Assembly (NCBI GenBank): GCA_038046385.1
Contig: JBBSWH010000006.1
Location: forward strand, 96,001 to 160,000
Length of the DNA: 64,000 nt
Reading direction: 5' to 3'
Origin: Nanobdellota archaeon
GTDB taxonomy: Archaea; Nanobdellota; Nanobdellia; Woesearchaeales; GW2011-AR4
The translations under genes were made by a program, and so were the position numbers. The notes under the pieces were generated by a model. That model worked only from the letters and a program-made list of their open reading frames with translations. It had not been told where the DNA came from and made no database searches. The first letter of the stretch is position 1. Every line of letters begins with the position of its first letter. Below are positions 1 through 10,198 of this stretch, in pieces.

Positions 1-382
1 TTGCTGTAAATGCCAAAACAACATTATCTGTGTTTTCTGGATCTGTAATTTCAAAATCCATTGTATAAACCTTTGTGTCAAAAAGGCCGTTTCTTACTAT
101 AAATGGGTTGAATTTTTTGATTTCAACGGCGTTAGTTGTCTCAATGAGGAAGATATCAGGTATTTTCTTGTCGTTCTCAAGATTTCCTTGCGTGTTTAAT
201 GTTCCTGGAACAACATCAAGCAATAATTTTGACTGCTGAGCTGCGTTTTGCTGGTCTGTCTCCCCTGAAAGCAGCTTTTCCTTGTCTGCTGTTGGAAGAA
301 ACACGATATAAAGAATAATCAGCCCAGAAACGATAGATACCAGAAGAGCGGCATTTATTCCTCCTTGGGCTTTCTTGTACAT
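1..382 (-). CDS. Pilin-like / class III signal-peptide protein (3' end outside window)
   Basis: Manual translation from ATG at 382: MYKKAQGGINAALLVSIVSGLIILYIVFLP..., a KKAQ cleavage motif followed by a hydrophobic helix. The ORF runs off the window edge. Confidence 0.65.
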   Translation of the reverse strand, partial: MYKKAQGGINAALLVSIVSGLIILYIVFLPTADKEKLLSGETDQQNAAQQSKLLLDVVPGTLNTQGNLENDKKIPDIFLIETTNAVEIKKFNPFIVRNGLFDTKVYTMDFEITDPENTDNVVLAFTA

Positions 383-472
383 GATTTGGCCTTTTTTAAA
401 TATGGAACTGTATTAACTGATGTGTTGTAAATTACATAAATATATTTAAAGCTTTGCATTATTGATTAATAT

Positions 473-1537
473 ATGAAATTAATTCATTCTGATATGAAGA
501 AAGGGGAAGTTAAGGTGCTTGCGCAGAACGCCGATGATTTATGGTATCTTAATGCCATAATTGAGCCTAATGATATTGTAAACGGACGAACTTTCAGAAA
601 AATCAAGATTGGGTCTGCAGAAGAGCGTGCGAAAGAGGCTGTGAAAAGGGCTGTTTTTCTTGGGATAAGGGTTGAAAAGGTTGAATTTGGAAGAAGTTCC
701 AATATACTGAGGGTTTCCGGAGTAATAAATGCAGCGCCTGAAGATATTCCATTAGGAGAGCACCATACATTCAATGTTGAGGATAATACGACTATTACTA
801 TAACAAAGGGAAAATGGTTGAAATACCAGTTAGACAAAATAAAGGAAGCTTGTTCTGAAACAAAATCATCTATCCTTATTTGCGTGCATGACAGGGAAGA
901 GGTTTATTTTGCGCTGCTGAAGAAATACGGATATGAGGTTATTGCGCATCTGCAGGGCGATGTAAAGAAAAAAAGGGAAGAAAGCGGGAAGAAAGAAAAT
1001 TTCTACGGGAAAATAATAAATTCTCTGAAAGAATATGAAGAGCGCTATAAAATTGAAAGGATTATTGTTGCGTCTCCTTCTTTCTGGAAAGAGGATCTGA
1101 TGAAGGAAGTTGATGACGAAAATTTAAGGAAAAAAATACTTCTTGCAACGTGCTCTTCTGCTACGAAAAACGGCATTGAAGAGGTCATCAAAAGGCCGGA
1201 AGTGAAAGAAGCTTTGAAGCTTGAAAGAGCAGCCAAAGAAATGAATAAAGTTGAAGAATTGTTTGTAGAAGTTTCAAAAAATAATCTTGCAGCTTATGGG
1301 ATAATGGAAGTTCAGAAGGCTTCTGACATGAGAGCGATAAAGGATTTGCTTGTTACTGATTCTTTTATACAAAAGCAAAGAGACGAAAATAAATATACAA
1401 TTGTCGAGAACATAATGAAAACAACAGAAAACTCAAAAGGAGACATAATAATAGTAAGCTCCGAGCATGATGGCGGGAATAAGCTTGATGGATTAGGGGG
1501 GATTGGCGCGATATTAAGGTTTAAGTTATCTTATTAA
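473..1537 (+). CDS. pelA: Pelota/Dom34 ribosome rescue factor
   Basis: DDLWYL, G.HHT motif, eRF1-like domains, C-terminal LDGLGGIGAILRF. Confidence 0.95.
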   Translation: MKLIHSDMKKGEVKVLAQNADDLWYLNAIIEPNDIVNGRTFRKIKIGSAEERAKEAVKRAVFLGIRVEKVEFGRSSNILRVSGVINAAPEDIPLGEHHTFNVEDNTTITITKGKWLKYQLDKIKEACSETKSSILICVHDREEVYFALLKKYGYEVIAHLQGDVKKKREESGKKENFYGKIINSLKEYEERYKIERIIVASPSFWKEDLMKEVDDENLRKKILLATCSSATKNGIEEVIKRPEVKEALKLERAAKEMNKVEELFVEVSKNNLAAYGIMEVQKASDMRAIKDLLVTDSFIQKQRDENKYTIVENIMKTTENSKGDIIIVSSEHDGGNKLDGLGGIGAILRFKLSY

Positions 1538-1548
1538 ACATGAATCTT

Positions 1549-1660
1549 AACTTTGCCATCGTTCGCATTATATCTGCTAAATTAAGGCGAGAATTCCCAT
1601 TGCAATTTCCTTCTCGCCATATTCTGTTCTAGAAAATGCTCACATAGTGATGGCAAAGTT
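1549..1660. repeat. Structured intergenic element family A, copy 1
   Basis: Perfect 12-bp terminal inverted repeat AACTTTGCCATC/GATGGCAAAGTT, internal GTTCGCAT...ATGCTCACAT and a GGCGAGAA/TTCTCGCC stem. Related copy at 14505-14672. Confidence 0.7.
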
Positions 1661-1727
1661 GCTCATTGAATCGAAAGTTATAAAAACCAAGTGCTGAATA
1701 TTACATAAAAAAAGAGGTGTATGTATC

Positions 1728-3683
1728 ATGGAAGAATCATTTATTACTTCAATTCTCTCTGAAAAAAGAGTATTCAACCCAAGCCAGGATTTTGTTTCGT
1801 CTGCAAGGATAAGGAGCATGGATGATTACAATACAATTTACAAGAAATCTGTTGAAAATCCTACTGAGTTCTGGGCGGAAAAGGCAAATGAGCTTGACTG
1901 GTTCAAGAAATGGAATAATGTATTAAGAAATGATCAGGGTTTTTTCAAATGGTTTGAGGGCGGCTTTATTAATGTGGCTTACAACTGCCTAGACAGAAAT
2001 GTCTATGCAGGCAAAAAGAACAAAGTTGCATTTATCTGGGAAGCAGAGTCAGGAGAGACAAAAATTTACACTTATGGGCAGCTGCTGAAAGAAGTCTGCA
2101 GGTTTGCAAATGTTCTGAAGAAAAAAGGAGTAACGAAAGGAAATGTCGTGGAGATTTATCTTCCTATGATACCTGAATTGCCTATTGCAATGCTTGCATG
2201 CGCAAGGATTGGGGCAGTACATTCAATTGTTTTTGCAGGGTTTTCATCTGATGCCTTGAAGGACAGAATACAGGATTCAAAAGCGGATTTGCTTGTAACA
2301 GCAGACGGAAGCTTCAGGAACGGAAAAGTTTTCCCGCTGAAAGACAATGCTGACAATGCATTGAAAGACTGCCCTTCAATAAAAAATGTTGTTGTTGTCA
2401 AGAGAACTGGCAATAATGTTAATATGCAGCAAAGCCGTGATTTCTGGTGGCATGACTTGATGAAAGAAAAAGATATTAGCAACTGGTGTGACTGCGAAAG
2501 TATGCATTCAGAAGATTCTTTGTTTATTCTTTATACATCCGGAACAACCGGAAAGCCAAAAGGAGTCTTGCATACGACAGCAGGCTATCTTCTTTATGTA
2601 AATCAAACCTTCAAATATATTTTTGACATAAAAGACAATGATGTTTATTTCTGCACAGCAGACATTGGATGGATTACAGGACATTCTTATATTGTATACG
2701 GGCCGTTGTCAAACGGCGCAACTGGTGTGATGTTTGAAGGATCACCAACGTTCCCGCAGCCAGACAGATTGTGGAGAATTGTTGAAAAATACGGAGTCAC
2801 TGTGTTTTACACTGCTCCGACTGCAATAAGGGCATTGGCAAAAGAAGGCGACCAGTGGCCTAATGGATGCGACTTAAGCTCATTGAGATTATTGGGAAGT
2901 GTAGGGGAGCCGATTAATCCGGAAGCCTGGGTTTGGTACCATAACATAATCGGAAAAACAAAGTGCCCTATAGTGGATACTTACTGGCAGACTGAGACCG
3001 GAGGAATTATTGTAAGCCCGTTGCCTGGTGCGACGCCTGCAAAGCCAGGCTCTGCGACTAAGCCATTTTTCGGAATTGTTCCGGAAATTTTAAGGGAAGA
3101 CGGAACAAAAGCAAATATCAATGAAGGCGGAAACCTTGTCATAGTTCATCCATGGCCTGGAATGCTAAGGACAGTATGGGGCAATCCGGAAAAATACAAG
3201 CACACTTATTTTGAGCAGTTCGGAGTATACCTTACAGGAGACACTGCCAAGATTGATGAGGACGGATACTTATGGGTTATGGGCAGGAGTGATGATGTAA
3301 TTAAAGTTGCTGGCCACAGAATTGGAAGCGCAGAAGTTGAATCATCTTTAGTCAGCCACCCTTCTGTAGCAGAGGCTGCTGTTGTTCCTTTCCCGCATGA
3401 GATAAAAGGGTGGGCGCTTTATGCGTTTGTCACGCTGAAGAAAGGCGTCGACAAAAATGAACAGCTAAAAGAAATCCTAAAGAAACACGTTTCTGATAAA
3501 GTCGGCCCTATTGCAAAGCCTGACAAAATACAATTTGCAGACGATTTGCCTAAAACAAGAAGTGGCAAGATAATGCGACGCATCTTGAAAGTGATAGCAG
3601 AGGGGGGAACAGACTACGGCAACATAACAACGCTTGTAGACCCCGGTGTTGTAAAAACCCTAGCTGACACTAGGATTAGATAG
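1728..3683 (+). CDS. acs: AMP-forming acetyl-CoA synthetase
   Basis: [32 protein letters not shown] and [12 protein letters not shown] motifs. Confidence 0.96.
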   Translation: MEESFITSILSEKRVFNPSQDFVSSARIRSMDDYNTIYKKSVENPTEFWAEKANELDWFKKWNNVLRNDQGFFKWFEGGFINVAYNCLDRNVYAGKKNKVAFIWEAESGETKIYTYGQLLKEVCRFANVLKKKGVTKGNVVEIYLPMIPELPIAMLACARIGAVHSIVFAGFSSDALKDRIQDSKADLLVTADGSFRNGKVFPLKDNADNALKDCPSIKNVVVVKRTGNNVNMQQSRDFWWHDLMKEKDISNWCDCESMHSEDSLFILYTSGTTGKPKGVLHTTAGYLLYVNQTFKYIFDIKDNDVYFCTADIGWITGHSYIVYGPLSNGATGVMFEGSPTFPQPDRLWRIVEKYGVTVFYTAPTAIRALAKEGDQWPNGCDLSSLRLLGSVGEPINPEAWVWYHNIIGKTKCPIVDTYWQTETGGIIVSPLPGATPAKPGSATKPFFGIVPEILREDGTKANINEGGNLVIVHPWPGMLRTVWGNPEKYKHTYFEQFGVYLTGDTAKIDEDGYLWVMGRSDDVIKVAGHRIGSAEVESSLVSHPSVAEAAVVPFPHEIKGWALYAFVTLKKGVDKNEQLKEILKKHVSDKVGPIAKPDKIQFADDLPKTRSGKIMRRILKVIAEGGTDYGNITTLVDPGVVKTLADTRIR

Positions 3684-3863
3684 TCCTTACGAGTGATTTT
3701 CCGTAACCTTTAAATACTAGTATAGATTATTCTGTAATAACTAGGCAGTTATGATAATCAATTACTATTCGGTAATGAAATTACCACTAACTGATGGGAA
3801 ATAACAACATTTTAATATGAGTGTTTTTATCCCCTTATAATAATAAAAAGGGGGTGTATTGAT

Positions 3864-4679
3864 ATGATAGTTAAAGAAGAATTTTTAAGCAGGTTAAGGA
3901 GAAATTTTGCCTTGAACCTTTACGAGGTTAAGATATGGACAGCTCTATTAAGCAGAGGCGTGTCAACAGCAGGCGAGCTTTCGGACATTGCAAATGTCCC
4001 AAGATCAAGAAGCTATGATGTTCTAGAGTCATTGGAAAAGAAGGGTTTCGTTGTTATGAAGCTTGGAAAGCCAATAAAATACATTGCAGTTCCTCCAAAG
4101 GAAGTTGTTGAAAGAGTAAAGAAAAACGTTGAGGCGCATGCCAAAGACGAATTGAAGAAACTTTCTGATTTGAAAAACACAGATGTTATTGAAGAGCTAA
4201 GCACCTTGCACACGCAGGGTGTTGAGCTTGTTGAACCGTCTGATTTATCTGGTTCATTAAGGGGGAGGCATAACTTGTACAACCACCTTGAGCTTACAAT
4301 AAGAAACGCAGAAGAAAGCGTAACTTTGATGACAACAACCCAGGGATTCATAAGAAAGGTTGAAGGATTTTTGCCAACTTTTGAAAAGCTGAAGAAAAGG
4401 GGAGTAAGAGTAAGAATTGCTGCTCCGATAACAAAAGAGGCAATGCCTGCAATGAAAGAGCTTCAGGGAATTGCTGAAGTAAGGAACACTGATACAAAGG
4501 CAAGGTTCTGCATTGTTGACGGCAAAGAAATCATATTTATGGTTCTTGACGACAATGAAGTTCACCCGACATATGATGTTGGAATCTGGGTCAACACGCC
4601 ATTCTTCGCAAGCGCTATGGAAGATTTGTTTGAATTGGCTTGGAAGAACATGAAGGTTACAGCAGAAACAAAGAAATAA
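3864..4679 (+). CDS. TrmB-family transcriptional regulator / chromatin protein (TrmBL2-like)
   Basis: LNLYEVKIW...ANVPRSRSYDVLESLEKKGF wHTH plus a C-terminal PLD-like domain (FCIVDGKE). Confidence 0.88.
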   Translation: MIVKEEFLSRLRRNFALNLYEVKIWTALLSRGVSTAGELSDIANVPRSRSYDVLESLEKKGFVVMKLGKPIKYIAVPPKEVVERVKKNVEAHAKDELKKLSDLKNTDVIEELSTLHTQGVELVEPSDLSGSLRGRHNLYNHLELTIRNAEESVTLMTTTQGFIRKVEGFLPTFEKLKKRGVRVRIAAPITKEAMPAMKELQGIAEVRNTDTKARFCIVDGKEIIFMVLDDNEVHPTYDVGIWVNTPFFASAMEDLFELAWKNMKVTAETKK

Positions 4680-4779
4680 ATTATTTTATTTTTCTTTTTT
4701 TATTTAATTTTTATTATTTAGATTAAATATAGTTATACCAATGCAAAACTATAAAAAAGGCCATAATTTACTTTAAACG

Positions 4780-5619
4780 ATGAAACCTCAAGAGTTGCTT
4801 GCACTTAAACAAAAGGCAAAAAACCTTAGAAAAGATATTATTGATATTATATACAAGGCGCAATCCGGTCACCCTGGAGGATCATTAAGCGAGATAGATA
4901 TGCTTGTTGCTCTTTATTTTTATAAGATGAATGTTAATTCTTCGAAACCTCACTGGGAAGACAGGGACAGATTTATTTTAAGCAAAGGCCACGCGAGCCC
5001 TGGATTATATGCTGTTCTTGCCGAGAAAGGGTATTTTCCAAAATCAGAGCTTGATGGATTCAGGAAAACTGGTCGTATGCTGCAGGGGCATCCTGAATTA
5101 AATACTCCTGGAGTGGATTTTGCCGGCGGCTCGCTTGGGCAGGGTATATGCTTTGCTTTGGGTGTTGCACTTGCATGCAGGTTAGACAAAAGAAAAAATA
5201 AAATTTATGCTATGATTGGTGATGGGGAAGCACAAGAAGGATCAGTGTGGGAAGCCACAATGGCTGCTGCATTCCACAAAGCGGACAATTTAATTGTGAT
5301 ATTGGATAAAAATCAGGTCCAGGAAACCGGAAAAACAAAGGAAGTGATGGACTTGGGAAATGTTGCTGCAAAATGGAAATCGTTTGGATGGAATGTTATC
5401 GAGATAAACGGGCATGATGTGGCGCAATGCGTTTCTGCACTTGATAAGGCTTCTAAATCAAAAGGAAAGCCGACAATGATTGTTTCAAATACAATAAAAG
5501 GCAAAGGAGTTTCATTCATGGAACTGAATCATAAGTTTCACGGCAAAGCTCCGAATGAAGAAGAATACAAGAAAGCGATTTCAGAGATTGAAAAAATTAA
5601 TGTTAATAAGTTTAAATAA
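4780..5619 (+). CDS. Transketolase, N-terminal (TPP-binding) subunit
   Basis: SGHPGGSLS, DRFILSKGH, GDGEAQEG..WE TPP motif. Confidence 0.92.
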   Translation: MKPQELLALKQKAKNLRKDIIDIIYKAQSGHPGGSLSEIDMLVALYFYKMNVNSSKPHWEDRDRFILSKGHASPGLYAVLAEKGYFPKSELDGFRKTGRMLQGHPELNTPGVDFAGGSLGQGICFALGVALACRLDKRKNKIYAMIGDGEAQEGSVWEATMAAAFHKADNLIVILDKNQVQETGKTKEVMDLGNVAAKWKSFGWNVIEINGHDVAQCVSALDKASKSKGKPTMIVSNTIKGKGVSFMELNHKFHGKAPNEEEYKKAISEIEKINVNKFK

Positions 5620-5621
5620 AT

Positions 5622-5712
5622 TGGCGAGCTGGTCGGATGCCAGCGAGCGTAAATATTGTGAGCGTAGCGAACGGAAAAATAAAATTACAAAAACAATAAC
5701 GAAACTCAATAA
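5622..5712 (+). repeat. Structured intergenic element family B, copy 1
   Basis: TGGCGAGCTGGT..TGCCAGCGAGC..ACGGAAA..CAAAAACAATAACGAAACTCA; matches the reverse complement of 51712-51814. Confidence 0.7.
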
Positions 5713-5743
5713 TAAAAAATAATTTAAAAATAACCTAATAAAA

Positions 5744-6685
5744 ATGGAAACTCAAAAAATAGCAACAAGGGAAGGATACGGAAAAGCGCTGCTTGAGCTT
5801 GGAAAGATAAACAAAAACGTTGTTGTTGTAGATGCTGACCTTGGCGATTCAACCAAGGCAGAATTGTTCGGCAAGCAGTTTCCTGACAGATATTTTATGA
5901 TGGGAATTGCAGAGCAAAACATGGTTGGAGTCTCTGCCGGATTTTCTGTATCGGGTAAGATACCTTATGCAAGCACTTTTGCTGTTTTCAGTGAAAGGGC
6001 TTTTGAATTCACGCGCAATATTGTATCAAGAAACAAATTAAATGTTAAACTAGCTGGTTCACATGCCGGCATCACAACAGGCGAAGACGGAAAAAGCGCG
6101 CAGGCAATTGAAGATATTGCAGTCTATAGATCATTGCCTAACATGGTTGTTTTACAGCCATGCGATGCTGTTGAAGCGGAGAAAATGGTTTTTGCGCTGG
6201 TTGATTATAACGGGCCATCTTATATGAGATTGCAGAGAACAAGCGTTCCTGTGATACATTCTGCTAATTATAAATTTGAAATGGGCAAGGGCGAGGTTTT
6301 AAGAGAAGGAAAAGATGCTGTGATATTCGCAACAGGCACGATGGTGCATGAATCCTTAAAAGCAGCTGACATTTTGAAGAATGAAAATGTTTCAGTGTAT
6401 GTTGTTAACATTCACACAATAAAGCCGTTAGATGAAACTCTTGTTTTGAATCTTGCAAAGAAAACTGGGTTTGTTGTAACAGCAGAAGACCATAGCATTA
6501 TTGGAGGATTGGGAAGCGCTGTTGCCGAAGTTTTATCTGAAAATTATCCTTGTATGATGAAAAGAATCGGAATGAAAGATAGGTATGGAGAGTCCGGAAA
6601 TCCTACAGAGCTGTACAAGAAGTACGGGCTTGATGCTGCTTCTATTGCAAAAGAAGTTTTGAAGAGTGTCAGGAAGAAGAGATAG
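5744..6685 (+). CDS. Transketolase, C-terminal subunit
   Basis: GIAEQNMVG, GEDG, EDHSIIGGLGSAVAE motifs. Confidence 0.92.
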   Translation: METQKIATREGYGKALLELGKINKNVVVVDADLGDSTKAELFGKQFPDRYFMMGIAEQNMVGVSAGFSVSGKIPYASTFAVFSERAFEFTRNIVSRNKLNVKLAGSHAGITTGEDGKSAQAIEDIAVYRSLPNMVVLQPCDAVEAEKMVFALVDYNGPSYMRLQRTSVPVIHSANYKFEMGKGEVLREGKDAVIFATGTMVHESLKAADILKNENVSVYVVNIHTIKPLDETLVLNLAKKTGFVVTAEDHSIIGGLGSAVAEVLSENYPCMMKRIGMKDRYGESGNPTELYKKYGLDAASIAKEVLKSVRKKR

Positions 6686-6704
6686 GATTTGAATATTAAC
6701 GATA

Positions 6705-7535
6705 ATGCGACTTGATCTTTATCTTGCCAAAAACCGGAAATTGGTAAATGATTCTCTTAAAAAGTATCTGCCTGAATGCAGCCCTTATTCAAAAAAAGTC
6801 TGCGATGCAGTGCATTACAGCGTTTTTACAGGAGGAAAAAGGATAAGGCCGATTTTGGCAATTGCCGGGGCTGAATCTGTTGGAGGGACTGTAAGAGAAG
6901 TTATTCCTCTGGCATGCGCAATTGAATTTATACATGCATATTCCCTGATTCATGATGACCTTCCGTGCATGGATGATGATGACTACAGGAGGGGAAAATT
7001 GACATGCCACAAAAAGTTCAATGAAGCAATTGCGGTTTTGGCAGGGGATGCATTATTGACAAGGGCATTTCAGATTTTAATCAATGAGCTAAAACGAAAA
7101 AATGCTGCTTATTCGATAAAAATTCTTGCTAACGCTGTTGGCACTGGCGGGCTGATTGGCGGGCAGACTGCAGACATAGAAAACAAAAAAATATCTGCTG
7201 GATTGCTTAATTACATACACTCAAACAAAACTTCTGCTTTGATAAAGGCTTCTGTTGTTTCTGGAGCAGTATGGCACGGGGCAAGCAAAGAACAGATTAA
7301 AAGATTAACAGGGTATGGCCATAAAATAGGCATGGCTTTCCAGATAATGGACGATATTGATGATTATAATAATGAGAAATCAAAAGTCACTTATCCTAAC
7401 CTATATGGATTGAAAAAATCCGAAAAAATTGCAAGAAATCTTGTTGCAGAATCCAAAAAAGAACTTGATATGTTTGGCAAAAACGCAGAAGCTCTAAGGA
7501 TGATAGCAGATTATATTACCAAAAGAAAGAATTGA
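6705..7535 (+). CDS. ispA: Short-chain polyprenyl diphosphate synthase (bacterial IspA-like)
   Basis: GGKRIRP, FARM YSLIHDDLPCMDDDDYRRG, SARM FQIMDDIDD. Confidence 0.85.
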   Translation: MRLDLYLAKNRKLVNDSLKKYLPECSPYSKKVCDAVHYSVFTGGKRIRPILAIAGAESVGGTVREVIPLACAIEFIHAYSLIHDDLPCMDDDDYRRGKLTCHKKFNEAIAVLAGDALLTRAFQILINELKRKNAAYSIKILANAVGTGGLIGGQTADIENKKISAGLLNYIHSNKTSALIKASVVSGAVWHGASKEQIKRLTGYGHKIGMAFQIMDDIDDYNNEKSKVTYPNLYGLKKSEKIARNLVAESKKELDMFGKNAEALRMIADYITKRKN

Positions 7536-7603
7536 TATTTATCTTATTTTAATCTAAATTTAATAACTAAACCTTTTTATAAGCTCTTGAATAGCTTTAT
7601 AGT

Positions 7604-8752
7604 ATGGCACAGGCAGAGAAGAAGGATTTCAACGTCAAGGACTTTAAGTCAAGAGAAAGCGCTTATGACAAGAGAGTAAAGGAACTTGAGGATGAGATAT
7701 CCGGCACCAAGTACAATAAGAAGACCCAGGGCCATATTGGGCTTGTAAAAGCAAAGTTAGCGAAAATAAAGGAAGACCAGCAGAAAAAAGTATCTTCAAA
7801 ATCCGGAGGGATGGGCTTTAGCGTCAGAAGGTCAGGAGATGCAACGGTCATAATGGTCGGTTTTCCGTCAGTTGGAAAATCAACTCTCCTAAATTCCATA
7901 ACAAACGCGAATTCTGAAGTTGCAGCTTATGCATTTACAACTTTAACATGCATTCCCGGCCTGATGGAGTACAACCACTCAAAAATACAGGTTTTGGACG
8001 TTCCCGGCATTGTGGAAGGCGCTGCAACAGGCAGAGGAAGGGGAAAAGAAGTTTTGGCGTGCGCACAAAGTGCAGATCTTGTTTTAATCATTGTGGATGT
8101 TTTCTTTCCTGAGCATCTTGAAGTGGTTCAAAAAGAGATTTATGACACCGGAATAAGATTAAACCAAAAGCCGCCTCAGATAAGGATATCGAAAAAATCA
8201 AGGGGAGGGATTGATTTGGGTGCAACTGTGCGATTAACAAAGATGAGCGACGAAACTATCAAGGGAATACTGAAAGAATTCAGGATGGACAACTCAAGCA
8301 TTGTGCTAAGAGAGGATGTGACAGATGACCAATTAATAGACGCAATTGAAGGCAACAAAAGGTATATTCCAGGGATTACCATCCTAAACAAGATGGATAT
8401 GGTTGATGAAAAGGAGCTTGAAAGGGTAAAGGCAATTGTAAAGCCGGATATCTGCATATCTGCAGAGAAAAAACTCAACACAGAAGAACTTAAGGATCTT
8501 ATTTTCAAAAAACTGGAATTCATGAGGGTTTTCTGCAAGGAAGCCGGCAAGAGGGCGGATACGGATGTCCCTGTAATAATGAGGCAGGGCAACACAATGA
8601 GGGATATGTGCATGAAGCTGCACAAGGATTTTGTTTCCAGGTTCAAGTTTGCAAGAATATGGGGGAAATCCGCAAAATTCCCGGGAATGATTGTACGAAA
8701 GCTTGACCATGTGCTGCTGGATAATGATGTTGTTGAGATACATTTGAGGTAG
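7604..8752 (+). CDS. DRG/Rbg (OBG family) GTPase with TGS domain
   Basis: GFPSVGKSTLL, AYAFTTLT, DVPGIVEGA, NKMD, C-terminal TGS domain. Confidence 0.92.
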   Translation: MAQAEKKDFNVKDFKSRESAYDKRVKELEDEISGTKYNKKTQGHIGLVKAKLAKIKEDQQKKVSSKSGGMGFSVRRSGDATVIMVGFPSVGKSTLLNSITNANSEVAAYAFTTLTCIPGLMEYNHSKIQVLDVPGIVEGAATGRGRGKEVLACAQSADLVLIIVDVFFPEHLEVVQKEIYDTGIRLNQKPPQIRISKKSRGGIDLGATVRLTKMSDETIKGILKEFRMDNSSIVLREDVTDDQLIDAIEGNKRYIPGITILNKMDMVDEKELERVKAIVKPDICISAEKKLNTEELKDLIFKKLEFMRVFCKEAGKRADTDVPVIMRQGNTMRDMCMKLHKDFVSRFKFARIWGKSAKFPGMIVRKLDHVLLDNDVVEIHLR

Positions 8753-8787
8753 CAATGTTTATATATTGATAATTTTCAGGTATTTTT

Positions 8788-9498
8788 ATGACAGATGTTT
8801 TAGATATGGATACTGTTTTGACTTATGCTAGATTTCTTAAAGGTCTTGAAGAAAAAACAATGCAGGTTTTAAGGATTAAAAACCAGATTGATGAAAAAAT
8901 GATCCAAATAGTTGATAAGCTGAAAGACGACCTTACAAATGCCAATTTGATTGCCTCTCTGGAAGATTTAAGAAGAAGGGAAGAACGTGTTAAAAACTAC
9001 ATCAAAAATGGATTGTATACTATAGAAGGAGACATCATGCCAAAATTAGAAGCAGCCAAAAAGGAGATTCCTGATATAGAAAAGCTAAAATTTGTCATAA
9101 ATTTTTTCATGAAAGAGCTGGCCAAAGCCACTTTAAGGCTTAGGAAAGAAAAGCATTTTATTGAAGATCCTTCTGAAAAAAACTTTAAGAAATTTGTTAA
9201 AGCTTATCATAAGGAATTAAGCTTGGGCAGCAGGCTGCTGAATGAGATTGCTGGCCTTCGTTTTGAAAGCATCAGTGACAGGGATATAAAGATGGTTGTG
9301 TATGCTGGCATCGGCAGCATGGGTCTTAACGGAATTTTGCAGCAATTGGAAAAGGGGCACATAGACCCTCTTAATGGTTTTTTGGCTATGGTAAGTGCTA
9401 TGGTATTTACAATGGTCAGCCTTTATCTTTTAAATTCAAACAAAAGAGAAGACTATATTGGAAAATTAAAAAGAAGGTATGGGTTTTCTTTTTTCTAG
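8788..9498 (+). CDS. Hypothetical coiled-coil protein with C-terminal hydrophobic helix
   Basis: 236-aa ORF with TATA-like box upstream; hydrophobic segment FLAMVSAMVFTMVSLYLL. Confidence 0.65.
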   Translation: MTDVLDMDTVLTYARFLKGLEEKTMQVLRIKNQIDEKMIQIVDKLKDDLTNANLIASLEDLRRREERVKNYIKNGLYTIEGDIMPKLEAAKKEIPDIEKLKFVINFFMKELAKATLRLRKEKHFIEDPSEKNFKKFVKAYHKELSLGSRLLNEIAGLRFESISDRDIKMVVYAGIGSMGLNGILQQLEKGHIDPLNGFLAMVSAMVFTMVSLYLLNSNKREDYIGKLKRRYGFSFF

Positions 9499-9542
9499 CA
9501 CAACACACAAGCTTTAAATATAACTTTATGTTTCCTTATTTA

Positions 9543-9638
9543 ATGAAAAGAGTTGAAAATTTTATGGCAGAGGTCGGATTTGCTTTCTACAGGCTGTTTT
9601 CATCTTTCAAGTTTTTCTTGATTTTTTTTAAGCATTAA
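9543..9638 (+). CDS. Candidate Phe-rich leader peptide (31 aa, 9 Phe) of the aroK-like-pheS-pheT operon
   Basis: Manual translation MKRVENFMAEVGFAFYRLFSSFKFFLIFFKH*. TTTAAATA at 9513-9520 places the ATG at about the expected transcription start. Confidence 0.45.
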   Translation: MKRVENFMAEVGFAFYRLFSSFKFFLIFFKH

Positions 9639-9689
9639 ACTGCATTTTCATGCTGTTTTCATTGAATTTAACTAGGGTGACTTTACAAA

Positions 9690-10187
9690 ATGAATGTTGT
9701 GCTGACGGGATTTATAGGAACTGGAAAAACCACAATTGCAAGGCTTCTTGCTCAAAAGACAGGCAAGAGCCTGGTTTCAACAGAGGAAGAAATATCCAAA
9801 AAGGCTAAGATGAGCCCTGGAAAATTCATAGAAAAGAACGGAATTAACAGATTCTATGACCTTGAGGCTGATGTTGTTGAGATAATATGCGAATTTGATG
9901 ACTGTATTTTTGACGCTGACTACAGAATTCTTATGAAAAATGAGAATGTAATAAGCTTCAAGAAAACATCTGTAATAATCATGCTGACAGCCGACATAAA
10001 AGATGTTCAGGAGAGAATGAAAAAAAAAGCGTCTTCTTGGACTAAAAAAAGCACCAATGAGCTTGAAGCGTCTATTAAAGAATATGAATCCAGATGCGGA
10101 AAAATTGCTGACTACATAATAGACAGCTCAAGAATGTCACCTGAAGATGCGTGCGACTTGATTGCGCATTATGTGCAGAATGAATAA
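9690..10187 (+). CDS. Shikimate kinase-like P-loop protein (AroK fold, apparently degenerate)
   Basis: MNVVLTGFIGTGKTTIARLLA Walker A and AroK-like layout; the usual GGG motif is replaced by DADY. Confidence 0.7.
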   Translation: MNVVLTGFIGTGKTTIARLLAQKTGKSLVSTEEEISKKAKMSPGKFIEKNGINRFYDLEADVVEIICEFDDCIFDADYRILMKNENVISFKKTSVIIMLTADIKDVQERMKKKASSWTKKSTNELEASIKEYESRCGKIADYIIDSSRMSPEDACDLIAHYVQNE

Positions 10188-10198
10188 GGCGACTTGAT

